DNA from: Spheniscus humboldti | Lineage: Eukaryota | DNA length: 64,000 nt | Reading direction: 5' to 3' | Assembly: GCA_027474245.1 (NCBI GenBank) | Contig: CM049887.1 | Span: forward strand, 20,879,762-20,943,761 | Shown here: in pieces, positions 13,901 through 27,824 of the stretch | Layout: the number at the start of each line of letters is the position of its first letter | Numbering within the stretch: the stretch's first letter is position 1 | Translations under genes and position numbers: made by a program | The notes under the pieces: model-generated | What the model was told of the DNA's origin: nothing | The model's input: only the letters and a program-made list of their open reading frames with translations | Databases searched by the model: none

Positions 13901-14799
13901 TTAGAAGAAACAAACTGAAAGATGAGGTCAAACCACATCTTCATGCTTTTCCACGTTTCTATCTCCCTATCTATAAATCTATGAAGAGCACTTAACTACT
14001 TTTACTTTTCCATATTAGTATTTCCACACACCTGTGAGTCAAGAAAGGGTACCTATCTATTTTTTTAAGTTCTCATGTATTCTGTCACTTAATTATTGTG
14101 TATTGATTTACACAAAAGAGAAACTTTAAAATTAAATTAATCCAGAACAAAGTCTTTTTTTCCCCCTCAGGAAGAGCCATAAATCCTTTTTAACGACACA
14201 ACAGGTTAAGAATATACACATGATATTCATATACTAACAAAACATATGGAGAGGTACGTAATGACGTGCCAAATCATATAAAGAACTGTTTTTACCGTGC
14301 ATCTGACATCTGATTCTTTCCTTTAACCCATTTCCATCCAGTTTAGTATTACAACCCCCAAATAAAGTTTAATACAGCTCATATCTTCCACATCATCAGG
14401 AAAAGTTAAAGCCTTTTACAATAAAAGAAAACCAGGAATACAGAATAGGAAACAAACTCCTAAATGGAATGGATAAGGATACCCAGAGCAGGCCAGTAAC
14501 AATCTTCAAATATGAATGATTTGGCCCAACCCTATAATCAGTATGTCACATTACGTCCTCACATCACTTCTAAAGCTTTGCAGAAGCTTGCAGAATTTTC
14601 ACCGTAATACTAACGGAAGGTTAGGGTTGAGTCACAATGTCCTCAATGTCAGACCAGTGAAAGATTTAGAGCTCAAATACTTCATAAATATGTAAGAACT
14701 CTAGTAAAATAAAAATTTTTCACCTTCCTTAAAGATACACCATTCAGCTTCCTTGACACTGGGCAGTTTTGAAGATATCAGATTTTTAAACAATTTTGA

Positions 14800-14820
14800 T
14801 TTTTTTTTTTTTTTTTTTTT
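14800..14820. repeat. poly-T homopolymer (about 21 nt)
   Basis: Read directly from the sequence. Confidence 0.9.
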
Positions 14821-17700
14821 ACACAATAATATGAAGAAGATTCTACATTACCAGTTTTGCCACCTGAGGCCTCAAGAATTAAGTAACATACAATAATCAA
14901 ACCCTTACCCTCCCCCAAAAATCTAGATGAACACTTTCAAACCTGGGAGTACTTCTGTGACTACTACAGCAAGAAAGCAGAAACGCAAACGTAGTATCAA
15001 GGTTCTGGGCACAGAGTTTTAAAATCAGTATTTATTTCCCAAAAATGTCAGACACCTGGGAAATTCAGGTTTACGGTTAACTGGAAGAAGAAAAAGATAT
15101 ATGAAAGAATTCATTTCAAAGGTAGTAAGAATAATGCTCAAGATCAGCTTTTATCCAACTAGGCTTAAAGGCACAACATATTATCAGTCTTCGGTAACTA
15201 CCATCACTTGAGTTATCCTATTTCTGATATTCATACTACGTGCCATCATCTCCAGTAAAGTACATGTGCCTAATCTAACCAATTCTATTTTTAAGATGCT
15301 AACAATTAATTAATACATATAACTGTGTAAAATAAGACAAAATACATTTCTTGTTAAGACTTTAAAACAGTTTCGCACAATGGTCCCAATTTAAAGAATA
15401 AAAAAATGCATGCCCAGTAACATAATGCAACTCAAAACAAGAGCACAAATTTCTCCACAGATTTGTACTTTCCCTCACTCCCCACCGGACTGACTTACTC
15501 TTACTCAATACAATTTCTAAAGTTTCACTTTAAAAGTGATGAAACTCAAATTATTTTTTTGTTTGTTTGTTTAATACAACTTGGGGAGTCACAGTACTAT
15601 TCAGAGCAAACATCAAGTCATTTGTGATTAATTTACTGCCTTGTACACATGCTTGCGATTAAAACCAGATTATCTATGGAAACTAAACTCCGAAGTTTTT
15701 TTATCTTTAACATTAATACTGAAGTGGGCCATAAGCAGGAAAAAATCTAGATGGAATCATGCATGAAAGTATACCAAGTGATTTTTTTTCTCCTGAGCCA
15801 GCTGTCATTTTAGAAGCAGCAAGAGGCATCCAGGACTTCCATTTACCTTCCTAATAAACATGTCATCATGACTTGCTACTTTTTCCCCATATACAATAGA
15901 AAAAGCATATTTTGCACAAAACACGCACAGTGAACACAAAACAGAAAGCAAGCTTAGCAATGAAAAACCCTCCTAAACAAGTTCCATAAAACTAAACAAA
16001 TGGTCTAGTACCCCCCTTCTACAGACATTTGCATTCAGCAGTGTGAATAAAATATGAAACTGCACACAACTGTGATGCAAGAATGATGCTGAACATGCAT
16101 TAAGTGATCTTACAAAAACTACACAAGCATAACATGGCAACGATAAACTGGCACATATATCAAAATGGTTCTTAAAGCATAGCCACCCCAATTGCCAAGT
16201 TGACATAATTTTCACTTTTAAACCAGTAATTCAATATATGACAATTATTTCATACATTTTCTTTCAAAACTCTGAACACTCAGTTTTTGAAATGTAGTAA
16301 TTGCATTCTTCACACACTAAGGCAGAAACTTTATTTGTATTATTTGGCACAGCTCTGGTTCGGAAAACGTCAGACGTGGAACTGCTACTGATACAATGCT
16401 GGAAGTTCTAGAAGCACGATGTTCCACATTGGAACAAAACTGAAGATGAACTACTATTTCATTATTAAAGTTTTCCTTCTGTGCCTTCTGGAAAAGGCTT
16501 TTGATTTGAAGTTGATTAAAACTGGAGCTGCAGCTTACCTTTCACATGCTCTGTCCCTTAAAAGTGGACCATAATATATGGAACAATGGAGTGCTATTGC
16601 ATCAAAGAATGAAGAACGTCAGCTTTTTAAAAGACAGTATTTCCCATCTTTGTAATAGCAGTTTACATATTTTCTTCCAAGAAAAAGTACATGTGCATAG
16701 TCTTGCTTCTCTAAAGCAACTGTGTATATCATCTTTCCTGGAGAAATCATGAAGAACGCTATTTTCCATATTTTAATGGCTTGCATGTAACCTTCTTGGC
16801 AACTGCAGAAAGTGAACAGACAGATCAAGCTCACATATAATTTGGCTCAACATTTTAGTGTACCTTTTTTTCTTCATTACTTCAAATACTTGGGCCAACT
16901 ATCACCAAGAATGTAAAATATAATCGTGCTATTCAGACATCTAAAGCCCTCAACATACTTCTTACCTATTTGTTCTAAGCTATGTATTTCTTAGAAGTAC
17001 TGAAAAGTCATCCAAACTCACCTAATGAGAACATATATAAGACTACATTCTCTATGTGGCATGTAGATACAGCACAAACTAACTTAGGTCCACACAGTTA
17101 TGGAGAGTCTTGCTCTACTGCCCACTCCGTGCTGTTCTTTCCTTCCACACTGAAATGAGCAGAATCAATCATTTTCACCAGGTTTCTTTTACCCTGCTCA
17201 CTGCATGGGCACAGAGATGCAAGGGTGGCACAAAGCAAACAGGAAGCAGGACCAAGCAGCAAGGAGGGCAAAGGGCTATTCATATCTCCTGCAATGCATG
17301 TATTGAGTTATTATTTTAAATATGCACACAAAGATTTCAAATTTCCCATTAGCATACAAATATTTAAAACATTTGTAAGCAGCCTGAAAGACCACTTCAG
17401 GTGGCAGTTCAAAGACTGCATTCTACGGTACTGCGATAGCTGGTTTATGCAGGGGTTTTTCCTGCAATTTTCACTAGGTAAAAACATCAAAAGCTTAGTA
17501 ACAGCACTGCAGAATAAATCCTTTTACAGCAAATAATGAACAGTAATGGAGCTTTTTAAAAAAGAAACACATTAAAATGCCCAAAACAGCAAGAGCAAAC
17601 AGCTGCAAAAAGAATTACAATAAATCCTTGTGGTTTTTACATCTTTTTAGATTTATTACATTTCCTCTTCCAACTTGCTTAAGAACATATGGTTATTTAA

Positions 17701-17790
17701 AGAGGGAAAACCTGTTTTGCTTGGGAGGGTGGGTTTAGACACTGGGATTGTTTTGGTTTTTTTTGGGAGGGGTGTTTTGTTTTGGTGGGG
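17701..17790. repeat. G/T-rich low-complexity patch (gggagggtgggttt ... gttttggttttttttgggaggggtgttttgttttggtgggggttttt)
   Basis: Read directly from the sequence. Similar GT-rich patches occur at 30481-30560 and 46270-46325. Confidence 0.6.
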
Positions 17791-18096
17791 GTTTTTCTTT
17801 CAAATATTCAGAGAATAAAATTAATTTCCTTTTCACATAAATAAAAAACTGATTACAGTGAAACTAAGGCAAAAAACCTAATGAAAATACCTTAATCCTA
17901 TCCCATAATTACTAATAAATATTCACTATTTTATTTTCCTTTATATCGTCTTCTGTTTGGTGCTTCTCTGGCTATGACACATAGGTGTAAGACTGGATTT
18001 TCACTGGTTTGATGAGAGGTTAACAATCTTAAAATCAGCTGATTCATACTTACGACAACATGAGGTGTGTACGCTGTATACAGTTGCTGTATTCAG

Positions 18097-18133
<37 letters not shown>
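18097..18133. repeat. poly-C homopolymer, about 37 nt
   Basis: An uninterrupted run of C. The complementary strand is G37. Confidence 0.95.
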
Positions 18134-18135
<2 letters not shown>

Positions 18136-20932
18136 AAATCAAGTCCTACAGAACAATTTAATAACAACAACACAGAAGAAACATACCCAACTGCAGTGAC
18201 CCCACCCTATGTCCATGAATATTAAAATCTTTTAGAACATTAATTCATTTCAGTTTTTCTGATATTCCTTGGCCATCTGCATAACACTAAACTCAAAGTT
18301 TAAAAAAATCCAACACATTAATGTAACCGGTATTTCCATCTTTTCCATTAAAAATCAGTTAGTTTGTGGTTTTCACGTATAACAAGCTTTAAAGTTATTT
18401 TTGTGAATCTGCTGTAGATGTAAAATTAAACCACATTTCTCCCATTTTTATTATGTTACTTTATTCCCCCTCCCCCATCTTTTTTCAATTTACATACAGG
18501 ACCCTTCACACTTACTCCTGTTCAAAGTTCTACATAATTTCATTTACTGAGAAATTAAAGGCAAGGACAGTATCTTTATTCTCACTGTGCTTCTTTCAAG
18601 TCAAGCACTTAACGTCCTGCATACAGTTAGCATGTAAATTCAATCAAATTATACAGCTATCCTTTACTCTACAGAAATTAAGATATAAAAGCACACTAGT
18701 AAAACTAGGAACAATAGAAGCTCTAGACAAACTATTCACCAATACAAATGGAAAAACCTTATCGACACGTGTATGCAGTAACACAGTTAAGTTGCTTTTG
18801 ACTCTCATACCTCATTATGAGCATTTTGTCCTCTACTCGAGGGACTACATACAAATCAGTAAGTTTTTACCCACATTTACAAAGATTTTTTTTTTTCTTT
18901 TACTGTGATTTGGGTATAAAATAATCATTATATGAAAGCAGTTTTTTTAAATGGTTTTACCTGTAAGCATGCTATGCTTATCTCTGAACTTAAACTTTTC
19001 TGAATAGTTCCTTCAATTAGCAAAAAAAAGGGTTGCTGTTCTAAACTGCTTTTCTGAAGAAACCCATCTCTTACTGCTTTTAGAAGTCAGGCTGAGGTTA
19101 TTAATATGAATACGTCCAAATTTCAATTATATTAATTTTCCTAGTAGCTTAAGGAAGTTCAAGATGGAAAAGACCTATTAAATCTATCCCACTGAAAACG
19201 AACACATTGAGGGCTTGTTTCCATGCATTTAAAATCATCAAAAGTATTGTTTTCATGAAAATTTAATGTTCAGTTTATCTACTCTACAACTTACATTTTA
19301 GACATAGATAAATTAATTTTCATAAACTTCAGTATTTTGTGGATTACTGTGAAGACTAACCTGAAATGCCTAAAGCTATGAGTTTTAAAATATTTTATGG
19401 GGAAAAACCCAAAACCATTAACAAAACAGATTTCTTCGTAACAGCAAAACACCAAATTGGTGAGACCACCTACTAAGACTAAGTATATTTTACAGTATAT
19501 CCCAAAAGGCAACAAAAAGCCAATCCAGTGGGAAAAATTATATCTGACATTAAGTATTGCAACTTTTCAGTCAATCCTTCTATTAAGTTCTCACATTTCA
19601 CTGAATGGATTTTTAAGAAAGCAAATGCTTTTGGGATAATACGATCCAACGTTTGCCACTAAACTAGCACTGAATAGCCAATTACCTAAAGGAGTAATGT
19701 CCAACCTCTGTATTTTCCATAGGCCACACTTCCCTTCCTCCTCACTATTCAAGAATCGGGGAAATTTGGACTGATATTCCTTCATGCTAGAAGTGAGCTA
19801 ACAGCCCAAGGAAAGCACCAAATCCCAAGATGGTTCTGCATCTTAATGACAGCACAGTGCCCAAATTAACAAATCAGGGCTCCTGAGAAGACAATTAAAT
19901 TGCATTTGAAATATGTGCTCTCTCAAGTCCCCTAGTCTTGGCCCCAAGCACAAGCTAACAAGAGATGCTGGATGCAGACTCTGTAAAACCACCTATGGAT
20001 ATGCGCCACTTCGAGTCTCAGGAATGGGATTGAGAATCCATTCACATTTGCGGTCCAATGTAAAGTGACCCCACCAGTTGCTACTCAGCCTTCCCTGACA
20101 TTTTAATAGTTGAATTACAGTTTGACTTGTCTTCACGGAGAAGGGAAGAATTATGATCCAACTTGTTATACGAAAAATTACATATTAAGATGCCAAAAAA
20201 ATTAGTTTCCACAACATGCTTAGATAAAACGAGCTTCATACCATCAGAGCACACTACTCATTTGCTGAACATCTCACCTCAAAGCATATTCTCCCTTCAA
20301 AAAGCCTAAGGAGTCTTGTTTTTCACTTGAGAATCTTCCTTTAGATTGGTTATTTCAGCATTTTTGAGCCAAATTATCTCAAGGGAGATTGTGGCCGTTT
20401 AACAATCAGTACTTCATAAAAGTCAATGCATTTGCATTTAGTGCATTTCAAAAGAATTTGTAAGTACAGATTGTTCCATTTTCCAAGTTTTCAAGTTCAA
20501 AAAATCTGAAATCAAAAGTGGAAGAGGGGAAAAATGAGTTTGGTATAACATTTTAAAATATGACAGTATACCTTAGATCAGAACGCTCCTCAAAGGCAGC
20601 ATACTATAAAATCCTATTGGATTATGGTTAAATTAATGTAACATTTAGTTCATATTGTCTTCTTGCCATCTATTTTAACCTTTTGTTCTAGTAAGAGTCT
20701 CCAGTTTATCATATCTTTATGTCCACTTGGATAAAATAGATGTGGACAATAAAACAACTTAAGGTCAGGAATTTTCTTTCTAGGTAATCCATAGTCATTT
20801 GTATTTTTCTTCAGAAATAAATATAGTTAAGTATATTTGAATCGCCACCAAGTTTCCCAAAATACCAATGTGCTTTATCTAACAAGCACGCTGGACAGAA
20901 CTACAAAGAAATTAACTCACAACCAAAATGAT

Positions 20933-20949
20933 TTTTTTTTTTTTTTTTT
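20933..20949. repeat. poly-T homopolymer (about 17 nt)
   Basis: Read directly from the sequence. Confidence 0.9.
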
Positions 20950-23869
20950 GAGTGCCCAATAGCTCCCCTTCAAATTACTCAGGTGATAAATGCAAATGCA
21001 GTTAGACAAGTTGGATTCTGGTGGTGTTCTCTTGTACTTAAACGGAATAGTAAAGCTTTGCTATCTTTAAGTATTAAAATGTGAAAATTAAGCAGACTGA
21101 AATTTTAGGAATAACGTAAAAACGCAGTAAGTACAACCAAAAGTAAGTGCATTGTAGTTGTCAATTTCATATCCTTTCCAAGCTTATTCATTTTACCACA
21201 GCTTATAGCAGAAGGAGTCAGGACTTCACTGTGTTTTCTAGTCAAACAGACCAAAGACAGTTAAAAACTTAAGTACATGTGTACACAGAAAAAATGATAA
21301 ACTGATCGGCCAGATGAGGAACAAGAAAAATTCATCACTTCCAGCACGTGGGCAAAAACACTGCTTGGCTGCACCTACATACCATTTTGAGGAAACAAAT
21401 TGGAACCATTCCTTTTCTAACAAAAGTTTATCATATAGCTAGTCAGTTATTACCACATATGGCAAAATGAAAATCATTGCCTTTACAATTGAGCTATATA
21501 CAATCAACACAGCCAGGCAGCCCTAAGAAAGCTTTTATTAAGAGCAGAATTTGGCAGCCTGTCATCAGCTACAAAGGGAATTCTTCATGAAATCTTTAAA
21601 GTGTGCCTAAATTCAACATTTCAGGGGTTTTTTTTTAGGACTTAAAGGCTTGGTTCATGGATATTTAAAAAGATATTAGATTATTTTCTGCAATAAGGAC
21701 AAGCAGACAAATCCACTGCTACCACACAGCAGACATCCAAGTCAAAGTTCTACAGGAAGGGTAGCTCACAACTGTGGAATGAAAATCACTAATATTAATT
21801 AAAATCTACAATAACTTTCAAATACATACATACCTCTGCTTGCTAGTAAAAATGCAGTGCAACAAACGTGCATTTAAAACAGCACAAGGCTGGCAAGGAA
21901 AGAATGAACCACACTTTGCAGATTTGGTATGTTTAATGTACTTCTGAAACATACTCAGATACTACAAGGATGAGGGTGTATATATCTAAACAAATATACA
22001 GGAGTTAGCCAAAAGGCCTGAATGACACAGCCTTTTCCTTTGAAAAACTGAACAGACCTCTTGAATCTAGTTCAAGTTATAAATATAACATGTTCCCCTT
22101 ACAGCTTTACAGTTTAGAATTACCAACTCACACCAACTTTCTCAATCCCCATAAAAAATGCCATGTACAAGGGCAGAAAAGTTGAGACAAAAGTAATCTA
22201 ATATTTGGACACCTTACTAGACATCTATGTAAACCGCATTTTCGACTTAATGCAGTATACCAAAGCAGAGAGCTTAAGTAGTTGCTATGCGCAAATACTA
22301 GTTTACACCTAGTGAAAAAACAGCAATTTTCCTAAATGTTGAGTTTTAGGAATAGTGGGCTAAGTAAAACCAGTTGCAGGGGTTTTTTTTGAAGAATGAG
22401 TGCTGTAATGTGATACATACATCAGGTAGGGGAAAAAGTATTTCAGACCTTAAACCTACCTCACTACTGCATTACAAACTATACTGTGTCATGTATCTCA
22501 AGTTGAGCAAAAAAGGGCAACATTAAAGACAGTCTAGAGGAAAATGCTTAGTAGTCACAGATGTCACAAGTGAGGACCTACACATGTGGTAACTCCTGAA
22601 CTGTATAAGCCATATAACACTGGCAATTTAAACACTGTACTTCCAAAATGCCAGCAATGCCACAATTCTCCTGTTTGCTCACAATTCAATTCACCAAGAC
22701 CATCACTGCTATATTAAGTAACACATACACGCTTTCTCTGCTGCTTGCATCCCATGCTTTGAGCTACGTACGTACCATTGATATAATTAGGGCACCATGT
22801 TATCTCAAATCAGTTTTTAATCAATTTAGTATCACTATTCATGCAGATAAATTTTAGTAATTTCTATTTCTGAAAATGTGAGTGAACTGATAAAAACAGA
22901 ACACTAATATTTTACAACTATTTTGCACAGGAGAAAACCAACAGTAACCAAAAATATCCCTACTTTCTTGCCATTACAGGAATAGAACCAATAGGTCTTT
23001 TCCATCATCTTCCATGACTGACAAAATCTGAATCATAAGCAGCTTCCTAATAGCTTTATCATCACTTTTATCTTAAGAATCAATCAGCAAATCTAGCCCG
23101 AGTTGTGTTGGAAATGGGTATTTTTCAAATTCATCATTCTGTAAAACATTTATCAAGAATACTCATGTGCAATCCTTCTAAATGCATATAAGTGAACAAT
23201 TATTTTAACTAGAAAACATGTATTTGCCTCCTAATTAAACAGTTAATCATTGATAACAGACTTGTTTCTATTCCAAACCACCACTGGGGGAAAAGTATAC
23301 TTATAATGATGCATTACACAGTGGAAGGCCGTAAACCAGCTTGCACAAGTGTCTCCTTCCTTGCAGTGGCAAGATACTTTAACGATCAGTAGAACACACA
23401 GATGTCACAACAATTTTTTTCTGTAGAAGTATGGTTTAGGTAAATTCATTCATACTGTTATGAATACAGCATACATACAGATTCCTTTTCCAAAGTTTGT
23501 TTTTTCCCCCAAGTTAAATTTTCCCCAAAATGATTTGAGTAACAGATATACTCTGTTGATAAGCCTATTGTGACTAAATTTGCAATGGGAGACGGAGATG
23601 CAAGGACACAGTATCCTTGAGAACACTTTGTATAAAATTTGATGCTCTTCAAAAGTCGAAACAAACAAAAGCAGTTGTTATAAATTGTTCATCGTATGTA
23701 CTGCAACATGCAGTTTAGCTGAACAGATTCACTATTAAGAATGGAACTTTCTTGACACATAGTAGAAACTACACAAGAATAAAAATGATGCCAATTAATG
23801 AAGCATAAAATTATTCTCACCCAGTATTAGTAATAACATTCCCAAAATCCTTTCAAGTGATTTTTATAT

Positions 23870-23875
23870 TTTATT
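23870..23875 (-). promoter_or_regulatory. PSPC1: Candidate polyadenylation signal (AATAAA on the minus strand), first canonical hexamer downstream of the PSPC1 stop codon (about 266 nt 3' UTR)
   Basis: The plus strand reads tttatt at 23870-23875. There is no AATAAA or ATTAAA between it and the stop codon at 24141-24143. Use of this site is not established. Confidence 0.25.
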
Positions 23876-24140
23876 GTAATCAGATAACTGCACGTTTTAC
23901 AGCATAGTCACACATTGTATTTTGCTAGAGTCACAAACACATTGCCTTACATAATGATCCGCATCATTTCTGCTCTATACTACAAAGCCTATGACTGAAT
24001 ACAAAAAAAGTTTTACAAAAGAAACTGTTTTAAAGACTACAATAACAATAAAACCGTTTCCAGATAACAGCTAAAATTATAAAGGCATATCACTGTATAG
24101 TTTTACTGGAATTTCTAAACAGTAAGGAATGAAATAAGTT

Positions 24141-24326
24141 TTAGTATCTGCGACGCTTGTTAGGTCCTTCAAAGTTGCCCCCTGGGTTTCCTCTACCAAA
24201 GCCACCAGGTCCACCACTCACGGCACCTACACCACTCATTGGCGGCTGAGGAGTTTCAGAGCCCGTTCTACTAACCAGAGGTGAACCCATCTGTGATGGA
24301 CCTCCTTGAGGGAATCTCTCATTATG
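24141..24326 (-). CDS. PSPC1: PSPC1 terminal coding exon (coordinates include the stop codon)
   Basis: An acceptor tattag is followed by a translation of [61 protein letters not shown] (186 nt, phase 0). It matches the human PSPC1 C-terminus ...[61 protein letters not shown] as recalled. The TAA stop is at 24143..24141. Confidence 0.88.
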   Translation of the reverse strand, partial: HNERFPQGGPSQMGSPLVSRTGSETPQPPMSGVGAVSGGPGGFGRGNPGGNFEGPNKRRRY

Positions 24327-27300
24327 CTAATACAAGTCCATTTGGAACATGCCAAATGTGAGTTACAACAAAAACCACAAGTGATGTTGTCATGAAGTTC
24401 AGCAGATAGTCCAGCAGAATCAGGATCACACATAGAGGGAAGAAAGGAGCAATTCAATTAGTTATTATGGAAAAAGAGCTGGAAATTAAAGAGTGCTAAT
24501 GTTATGCTCCAACTTTGTAAAGTAAATTAAAAATTAAAAACTTAAGTATTAAGACCAACTCCTGTGCTGAATATAACTTCATCCTTTCAAGCACATCTGA
24601 AGCAATACATATTCTCTATGTAACAGAAGAGACAGCAAACAATAATTTTATACCTGAGCCCTATTCTGCCTTACATACCAACTACAATGCTTCTCCCTTA
24701 AATAAATAGACACAGAAACATTTTCAAACTAGGGGGAAAAAAAATATTTCTAGAGACTGCAGGTTTATTCTTTTAATAGCAATATAACCTGAAGACTTAT
24801 ATACCCACATATCTGTGGATAAAGTGTATTTCGGTCCATACTACCTGGAGTCAGCCTTTTGTATGGCACTTCAGGAAGCTTTAGTTAGACTTAAAATCCA
24901 GTCCAAATAAACTGACACAACTAGTGATAAAATGCATAACTGGACTATGCTTAGTTTAAAAAAACCCTTGATATATAGATCTAAAGCTTAACCTGAAATA
25001 GCAATATAAGATGAAAATCCAGTTAATGTTCCACATTTATTTTCCTTAGTTCTGTGCCTAATATTAATAAAGGTATATGTGCTTACACAGATTTATTTGG
25101 CTATAGCAATTAAGACCTAAAACAGAAAACACACATCTGAGCACTTATAGTTCAGTATTTATGCAAGTGTTTAAAAGTAGAACCCCACATGATGAAATTT
25201 AAAACATTAACTCAACATAACATAAACCATGAAAAGCATAGATATATAGTACAGTCAGATCTTGAAGTAACTCATCATTCACCTGTTGAGGACAGTTATT
25301 CTTTCAGAAGAAATTCCTTCTGTACAGAGATCTACATTAACTACCCAGGTATTCAGAATTCAACAAGAACATTCAAGACTAGCATTTTATTTATATGCCT
25401 GAATCAGAGAAGAATTCTTCTGAAAGTCTAACTCCAGCAATAGTGGTAGAGCTCAACAGTTCTAGAGTCTGCTAATTCATATATATATTATTTTAAAACA
25501 GCATTATATCTATATAGATAAAAATTTATGCAACTTAGATCATGGTTGTATATATGTGCATTGTTTAAAATTTGACATTAAATAAGAAAAAAGTTACTTC
25601 AACAGCTCCATAAAGATCTACTACTGCCCCAAAGTACCTAAAAATCTGCAGCACTGGTAAAAAAATTTTTAAAAATTATCTTTAACTCATGCCAGCTTGT
25701 TAGCAATGGATATGAATTTCAATAAATAGCTTATCACATACTCATGATAATTTTTACCATTTGAGTTTTGGACAAAAAGTCAAGTCATCTTTCCAACAAG
25801 GACCCCTCTCTCCAGCTAATGAGAAAAGTGCAGTAATTACCTATCTATAATAAAGTACAGGGGGAAAAAAGCTGTTTTTAAAATGTTATGTTCAAAGATA
25901 ATCTATGTTTCAAAAGACTGCAGTGGAACAAAAAGAAGATTGCTCCAACTTTCCCCTAAAAGACTTCAGAAAAACATCCAATTTAAAAAATAAAAACTGC
26001 ATTTCTGGTCTATAAAGCATATTCTCCATTTCACTCAGTGGAAACTGAAATTAACTCTTACAGTGTTTTAGTAGACAGCCCTCTCAAAGGATCTTTAAAG
26101 TGTCTTTCCAACAGCAGCAAAAACAATAAGGCTATACCTTTCTGTGCGGGCCTGTCCCCCACACTAAAAACCTTGAAAGTCCAAAATGGAGGGTGGGGGG
26201 AGAGCATCTAATTTGTCTCTCAGTAGCATGCAGAAGAAAGTGGAAGTAAAAAAAATTTTTTTTAAACATGCATTTTGAACTGTCAGTATATTCCCTACAT
26301 TTCCATACCTGGAATGACTTTTTGTAGAAAAACAACAGGTGGATATAAATACCGTGATTTACGATACCATGTTCTTTTCCTTACACCTCTTTTTCAGTGT
26401 CCATATAATCACAAGAAAACGTTCCAGAGGTGACCAGTAACACACTGGTCTCCAGAAAAAGCATCTCTGAAAACAGTGTTTTGTGAAAAGCATCCCTATG
26501 CTTTGTGAGAAATGATACAACTGATAAAATGAGCTGGCTCCTATGATGTGAAGCGGGATCCTCTCCTTTAATTGGTAAAGGCCAGACTCATTATGTATTT
26601 TGTGCTCAATCAAAATCTCGTTTTCCTCTATGGAACAAACGATTTTGTCCAAACTTCATTATATGGATTGCTCAATCGCAGATGGATACTGTTGAGAAGG
26701 CATATATAAAAAAATACATATAGAACTATATACAGAACTATAATGGAATCACTGTTTATACTATATACACCTTTATATCACACCACCACTAGAACATCCC
26801 AAATACCTATTTACAGAATAATACTGAAAAATATGTATAAATCAGATTAAAAATTATATAGTTGTTTCTCTACATAAGACATTACAGCTAGGAAAAGTGA
26901 CTGGCTATGAGAACAGAGCAAAAATGGCTAGTGCTTTAACTGCATCCCAATGGCATATCTGCTCTCGATAAAAAATTCCAGATGTATACAAGACATTCCC
27001 TACCACCCTTGGCAACTGGGCAATGTTATTTTCCCTGTGTTGATATGACAGTTGTTGGCATACTTATTTTTTAAGTGGCATAATTACTGTCAATCTCATG
27101 CTTTCAACACTGTTAGAAAGGAAATACAAAAAACACTGAAGTCGCTTTTAAAAAATTAAAGTTTACACAAAGATATCTTCACACTACATAGCTTCCAACA
27201 TTTAACTGTTAATCAAAAATCCCAACAAGCTAATACACAGAATTTAGTTTCACAAAAGAAAAAACAGCAAATGCCTAAATTTACAGATTACTCTGGTATG

Positions 27301-27654
27301 TTGTTCCTTCTTCATTTCACAGAAGTGATTTCCTTCTATCAGTGAGTTTTTCATGACAGGTCATACATGCAAAGTTTTACCACAAGTGCTGTATATTCTA
27401 ACCTCAATTTAAAGTCTGGTTACAGATCAAAGAACTCACCCCATTCTTAAGGGAAGTAGGATTTTCATAGTAATATCAAATAAAGATTTCCCTTCTGTGT
27501 TGTAAATTATTTGCACGAACAAGTTTTATCAATTACTTTTAACAGATTCAAAACATGTAACATGTTCTTGCTCAGTGTGAAAACATCTTTGGTAACAAAA
27601 ATGGGCCATGAAACATGACAGCTATTCAAAGTAATTAAATTAGTGATACGTTAC

Positions 27655-27824
27655 CACTGTTCCATTATCTGGCATCATTGGTGTTCCCATATTTGCAGCT
27701 CCTTCTGGTCCCATGGAAGGACCAGGACCCATTGCAGGGCCAGGTAAAGTTCCTCTGTTGTTCATATTCATACCCATCATTGGAGGAGGGCCTTGGTTAC
27801 CAGCAGGTGCTGGGCTAAACGCAT
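27655..27824 (-). CDS. PSPC1: PSPC1 coding exon (Gly/Pro/Met-rich C-terminal low-complexity region)
   Basis: An acceptor ttttgcatag is followed by (G)AT GCG... giving [57 protein letters not shown]. The donor is GTG|gtaacg. The exon is 170 nt and opens 2 nt into a codon (D = last base of the upstream exon + AT). It overlaps ORF-track ORF 27640..27837(-). Confidence 0.88.

Noticed and set aside
18453-18908. 151-aa plus-strand ORF, the longest non-TE ORF in the intergenic part
   Set aside because: It is extremely Phe/Leu/Ile/Lys-rich, as expected from AT-rich DNA. There are no splice-site context clues or domain-like segments, and it includes a T-run.
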